In this document: positions 60,325 through 64,000 of the stretch, piece after piece
Layout of the letters: every line of letters begins with the position of its first letter
How positions within the stretch are numbered: position 1 is the first letter of the stretch
From: Longimicrobiales bacterium
Lineage (GTDB): Bacteria; Gemmatimonadota; Gemmatimonadetes; Longimicrobiales; Gaopeijiaceae
Direction: 5' to 3'
Assembly (NCBI GenBank): GCA_965203485.1
Contig: OZ241892.1
Location: 2,176,001-2,240,000, forward strand
DNA length: 64,000 bases
Notes under the pieces: model-generated
Seen by the model: only the letters and a program-made list of their open reading frames with translations
Database searches by the model: none
What the model was told of the DNA's origin: nothing
Made by a program: the position numbers and the translations under genes

Positions 60325-60960
60325 ATCGCGGCTCGCTAAGACGCGAAGGCGCGATTGGAGGACGAGGCGCGGCGGGCGCGCGCGCGCAAAGTTGCGGGCG
60401 CAAGCGGAGGGCATGGAGCGGACGGCGGCGCGCCATCGGAGTACGGCCGTGGCGAAGGGATTGCGCACGAAGGCGGCTGAGCGCCGGGGCACGTGCGGAC
60501 GCGCTGGGCCCGCAAGGCGGCGCGCACGCGAAGCCGTCCGTGAGCGGCGAGCCGAGACAGTTGCCGTGCAAGGAGGCACCGGCGTCGCCGGGCCGGGCGG
60601 AAGGGCGCAATGCAACTTCACGGACCCGGAGCCGCATCATGATGGACACGCACAGATTCGTGCAGGCGTTCAACGCGCAACTGGCCGTCGACGACGGCGC
60701 GCAGGTCGTCGTGCCGCACGGCGTCACGAACCATCCGGCCGACTGCCGGAACCTGGAGCCGGTGCTCGAGCGGGCTAGCGCGAACCTCGGCGAGGCACCG
60801 GCCAACACGACGGACGACGCCGGGTACTGGCGTCCGGGCGTTCGAGGCGCAAACGCGCGCGCCTGGGGGGGGGGGGGGGGACGGAGGCCTCGGTCGCGAC
60901 GGCCCGCAAGCCCCAAGACACGTCTCCGAAACCGGACATCGCCAGATCACGCAGGCGCGT
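60325..60960 (+). mobile_element. IS1182-family transposase remnant
   Basis: AKARLEDEAR, NFTDPE/SRIM, FVQAFNAQLAVD, DAGYW; frameshifted; contains a G16 run. Confidence 0.7.
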
Positions 60961-61124
60961 GGCGCCGTCGTCGCGCGCCCGCCGACGCCCTATGCCGCCC
61001 ATCGCCCGCCCCGTCCGCTACGCCCCGGCCCCTTCCCTAGCTCTAGCCGAACAGCCTGCGCCCCCCCAAGCATCAACGTTCGACCCTTGCCGCCGTTCAT
61101 GCATTTTGCCCGTCGACTTCAACG

Positions 61125-62403
61125 TCATCGCATCCGTCCACTACTCAGCGCCTCTCTAGCCTTTTGCGCAATCCAACCGACCGGAAGTTCGGGCCTCGTG
61201 ATGCCTCGGGCGCGAATCTCCGCCGTGTCCGTCAACGACTCTACCATCGCCACGCCATCGTCAAAGGCGACGGCCAGCGGCATGGCCGCGACCAGCAACC
61301 ATCCCGTTCTTGCCGATTCCAGTATGCGGAGGGCCACGTTCCGTAGCTGGCTTTGTGTTAGCCGGTCAAACGCGTCCACACCGTCGTTGTGAACAAACAT
61401 CGTCAGCACATCAAGACCGCCAGCGTAATGGGACGAGGTCACTCCGCGCCCCGGGTGGTCTGCAAATTGACCTGGCGAAGACGACAACATCATGTTCAGC
61501 ACGGCGCGAAATCCCGGTTCTCCGAATCCGTAAAGAGCCTCCGTCGCCGGTGGATTCGGAGCCAAGAGCAACGCCGGAATCACCACCGGATCCCCTGCGT
61601 GGCCGATCATGTAGACCATGTCCCCGAGGGTGACGAGCCGGTCACCGCTTATGACTCTCTGTTCGAAATCCCTCTTTACCTCCCTCACGAACACGTCCGC
61701 TACCGCTCTTCGAAAATCGCTGTGCCATTCCTCCACTGGAACGTCGTAGAGCCGATACACCGCCTCCATCATCCGCTCCGCATTCTCGCTACGCAAATCC
61801 CGAGCCAATGCTACCTGCTCAGCTCGCGACGGCACGTCTTGCGCCGAAGCATCCGCTACGGCAACGCGCCGTCGGCCATCGCCGCTTCCGCTGCTGCATG
61901 GGGTATCTTCCGGCCTCACGTGGAGATGGCGGTCTTTATACGTATGCCATTCGGTTTTGCAAATGCCTTCTGGAAAAAGATCCCGAAGTTTCTCAAATTC
62001 CACACGGGCTTCTGCACTTGTAGCAACCCTTGCCCAATTGCCCCGCATGTCAATCCGCACGAGCGCGGACTCGAGCGGCTGGCCCGTGGCCTCGTCGCTG
62101 ACCATGCCGGTGATCGTGCCCGTCTGTGCCGCGCAACGCAAGTGGCAAATCGGGTGACCGCTGGCGCGCCCGGCAACCCCGCCTGCATCCCTCGCCGGAC
62201 CGGCGCGGCCGGCCTGGCGCGGGGCTTGAGCCGCGAGACGCTGGCCGCACACTGGGCGAGGGAGCCTGATGTCGAGGACGCCGGTGCCTATGCCGGGACA
62301 TGCGTGGACGCCGGTGGCCTCGTCGGAGACCCCGGCGAGGATCAAGGGCGAGCGCCGTGGCCCCGAGACGTGCGAGGGACCCGTTCTGTAGCAGTTCCTT
62401 CAT
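61125..62403 (-). pseudogene. Mosaic: TonB-receptor/carboxypeptidase-regulatory-like N-terminal relic joined to a lower-GC hypothetical helical protein
   Basis: AAGGAGG + ATG 62403 (MKELLQNG...); AQTGTITGMVSDEATGQPLESALVRI; composition shifts near 62050. Confidence 0.5.
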
Positions 62404-62652
62404 GCGACCTCCTTGGTCGAATTCGGGACGGGCCCGTGGGTTGGCCCAACTCCCGCGCGAGCGTTGACGCGGAACCACGCCACGGAGACGCGGTCCGACG
62501 GACGCGCCAAGCCGACCAACCGCGTCCGCGGCCCATGCAACCATGCCGAGACCCCACGACATTCGACATGGGCAATGGGAACGCAATTGGCAAATTGGGC
62601 GATTGCGGGCGCGCCCGACAACCCGTTCCCGTCCTTCGCCCGGCCGTTGCGT

Positions 62653-63680
62653 TCACGCCTCGTCAAGGTTGGCCGGGCCGGGCTGGGCTTCCCCGCGCGA
62701 GAGGCCGTATTCGGCCAGCGCCTCCCGCGTATGCTGGCCCAGCTCCGGGGCGGGGCGGCCGACCTCCGGGGGCGCGTCCGAGAGCTTGACGGGCATTCCG
62801 ATGGTCCTCGGTGCGCCGGCGTCGCCGTCCTGCGGGGACGAAGGAGTCGGCACCGCCACGATCATCCGGCGCGCCAGAGTCTGGGGGTGGCGCAGCATGT
62901 CGCCGATCGTCGCGACGGGGCCGGCGGGAACCGATGCCGACTCGAACCGGGCCAGCCATTCGGCGGCCGTGGCTTGGGCCAGCCGGGCGCTCATGGTCTC
63001 GCGGAGCGCGGGCAGATTGCTCATGCGGTCGGCGTTGGTGGCGAAACGGGGGTCGTGGGCGAGTTCCGGCATCTCGATCGCTTCGGCGCGCTGACCGCGC
63101 CCGGCGGAGCCCTGGGGATGGTCACGTCGTGGGCGAGTTCCGGCATCTCGATCGCTTCGGCGCGCTGACCGCGCCCGGCGGAGCCCTGGGGATGGTCACG
63201 TCGTGGGCGAGTTCCGGCATCTCGATCGCTTCGGCCAAGCGTTCCCAGTTCGCTTGGTTCCAGGCGCCGATGGTGATCCACTGGTCCTTCGTGGGGAAGG
63301 CTTCGTAGGGCGCGGCCAGCGGATGGGCCGACCCCAGCGCGCCGGGGGACTCGCCGGTAGCGAGCGTCACGGCGGACTGCCAGAGCGTCTGGAAGACGCC
63401 CGCCTCGTAGAGCGACGTGTCCAAGGACCACGCCGCGCTTGTTGCGGTTCAGCATGGCGAACGCAGGGCTGGCGCGCCCGGCGGGCTCGGAGGGCTCCGG
63501 CGGTTCGGCGGAGGACCGGGCGGAGGGCGGCATCAGCGCGCGCGCCGGATCGCCCGGCTCCGGCGGTTCGATCTTCACCACGTCGGCGCCCCAGTCGGCA
63601 AGCACCCGGCCGCACACGGGGCCCGCCATCACGTGCGCGAACTCGAGGACGCGTATCCCGGCAAGGGGTCGTGTGCTCAC
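62653..63680 (-). pseudogene. CaiB/BaiF family III CoA-transferase, deleted and repeat-disrupted
   Basis: PLAGIRVLEF...AGP...GADVVKIEPP...NRNKRGVVL joined out of frame to DTSLYE...APYEAFPTKD...DPRFATN...PAPELGQHT. Confidence 0.85.
63052..63235. repeat. Three identical 36-bp repeats separated by two identical 38-bp inserts
   Basis: GTCGTGGGCGAGTTCCGGCATCTCGATCGCTTCGGC at 63052, 63126 and 63200. Confidence 0.92.
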
Positions 63681-63902
63681 TCGCGGCTCCGGTTCTCCTT
63701 CACTCAATTGGCGGATGGCCGGCCTCGGCGAGAAGCGGCCAGCGACTCTCCGCAAGCGTACCGCGGCGCCCGGGGCGAGTCAACGACGTCCGTGGCCCCG
63801 GCGGAGCCGCTCCGGCCCTGCGTGCCCGCCCGTTTCGCGTGCGGCGGCGAGGGAAATGGCGCCGCGCCGCGCGTGCCCTCCGCAACCGGCCCCGTGGGCC
63901 TG

Positions 63903-63928
63903 GGAACCTTTCGGGGGCCTGCGGTGTA
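63903..63928 (+). promoter_or_regulatory. ECF-sigma-like promoter GGAAC-N17-TGTA, pointing out of the window
   Basis: GGAAC CTTTCGGGGGCCTGCGG TGTA. Confidence 0.45.
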
Positions 63929-64000
63929 TCACAGTACGGCGGGCGGCGGCGCGGAGCCGCTGTCCGCGCAAGAGTCCGGGACGGGAGCCGGCGCACGCGG

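Noticed and set aside
60865..60880. G16 tract as a phase-variation switch
   Set aside because: It lies within an already fragmented IS1182 relic and may be a sequencing artefact.
63052..63235. Genuine CRISPR array
   Set aside because: The spacers are identical, the repeat is coding sequence of the surrounding gene, and no leader or cas genes are visible. Kept only as a repeat and a finding.

Overview
High-GC (roughly 70% by eye) bacterial contig. The gene content (6-bladed beta-propeller lipoproteins, a GWxTD protein, a VPS10/BNR glycosyl hydrolase, AAA_14/DUF4143 ATPases) suggests a Gemmatimonadota-like, possibly host-associated organism; this is inference. Most of the window is housekeeping or envelope genes: murQ, an ABC exporter, ccdA, a fused 2-oxoacid dehydrogenase E1, a YyaL-like protein, coaE, a DHH phosphoesterase, moeB, recQ, penicillin acylase, amidohydrolases, an M16 protease, an APC-USP permease, TlpA, an M50 peptidase and greA. 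There are three accessory zones. (1) About 23.1-32 kb is a defence cluster: a HicB-MNT/HEPN toxin-antitoxin pair, an intact type III R-M system, and a collapsed NERD/kinase/ATPase relic. (2) About 36.5-41.6 kb is an operon of an AAA_14-DUF4143 ATPase and a 1146-aa REase-like/STAND-like protein, the best candidate for an uncharacterised anti-phage system. (3) About 55.6-64 kb is a decaying region with an OMP-GWxTD pair, IS1634 and IS1182 relics, a mosaic ORF and a broken CoA-transferase. Notable non-coding signals: a CRISPR-sized 36-bp repeat/38-bp insert structure inside a coding gene (with an older 37/35 look-alike in the STAND gene); one palindromic operator shared by the TA promoter and the region upstream of the R-M operon; four ECF-sigma-like promoters; and a compact promoter + 12-nt perfect Shine-Dalgarno + 20-codon ORF + terminator unit. 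No rRNA, tRNA, cas gene or genuine CRISPR array was recognised. All family calls come from motif recognition by eye, not from database searches.
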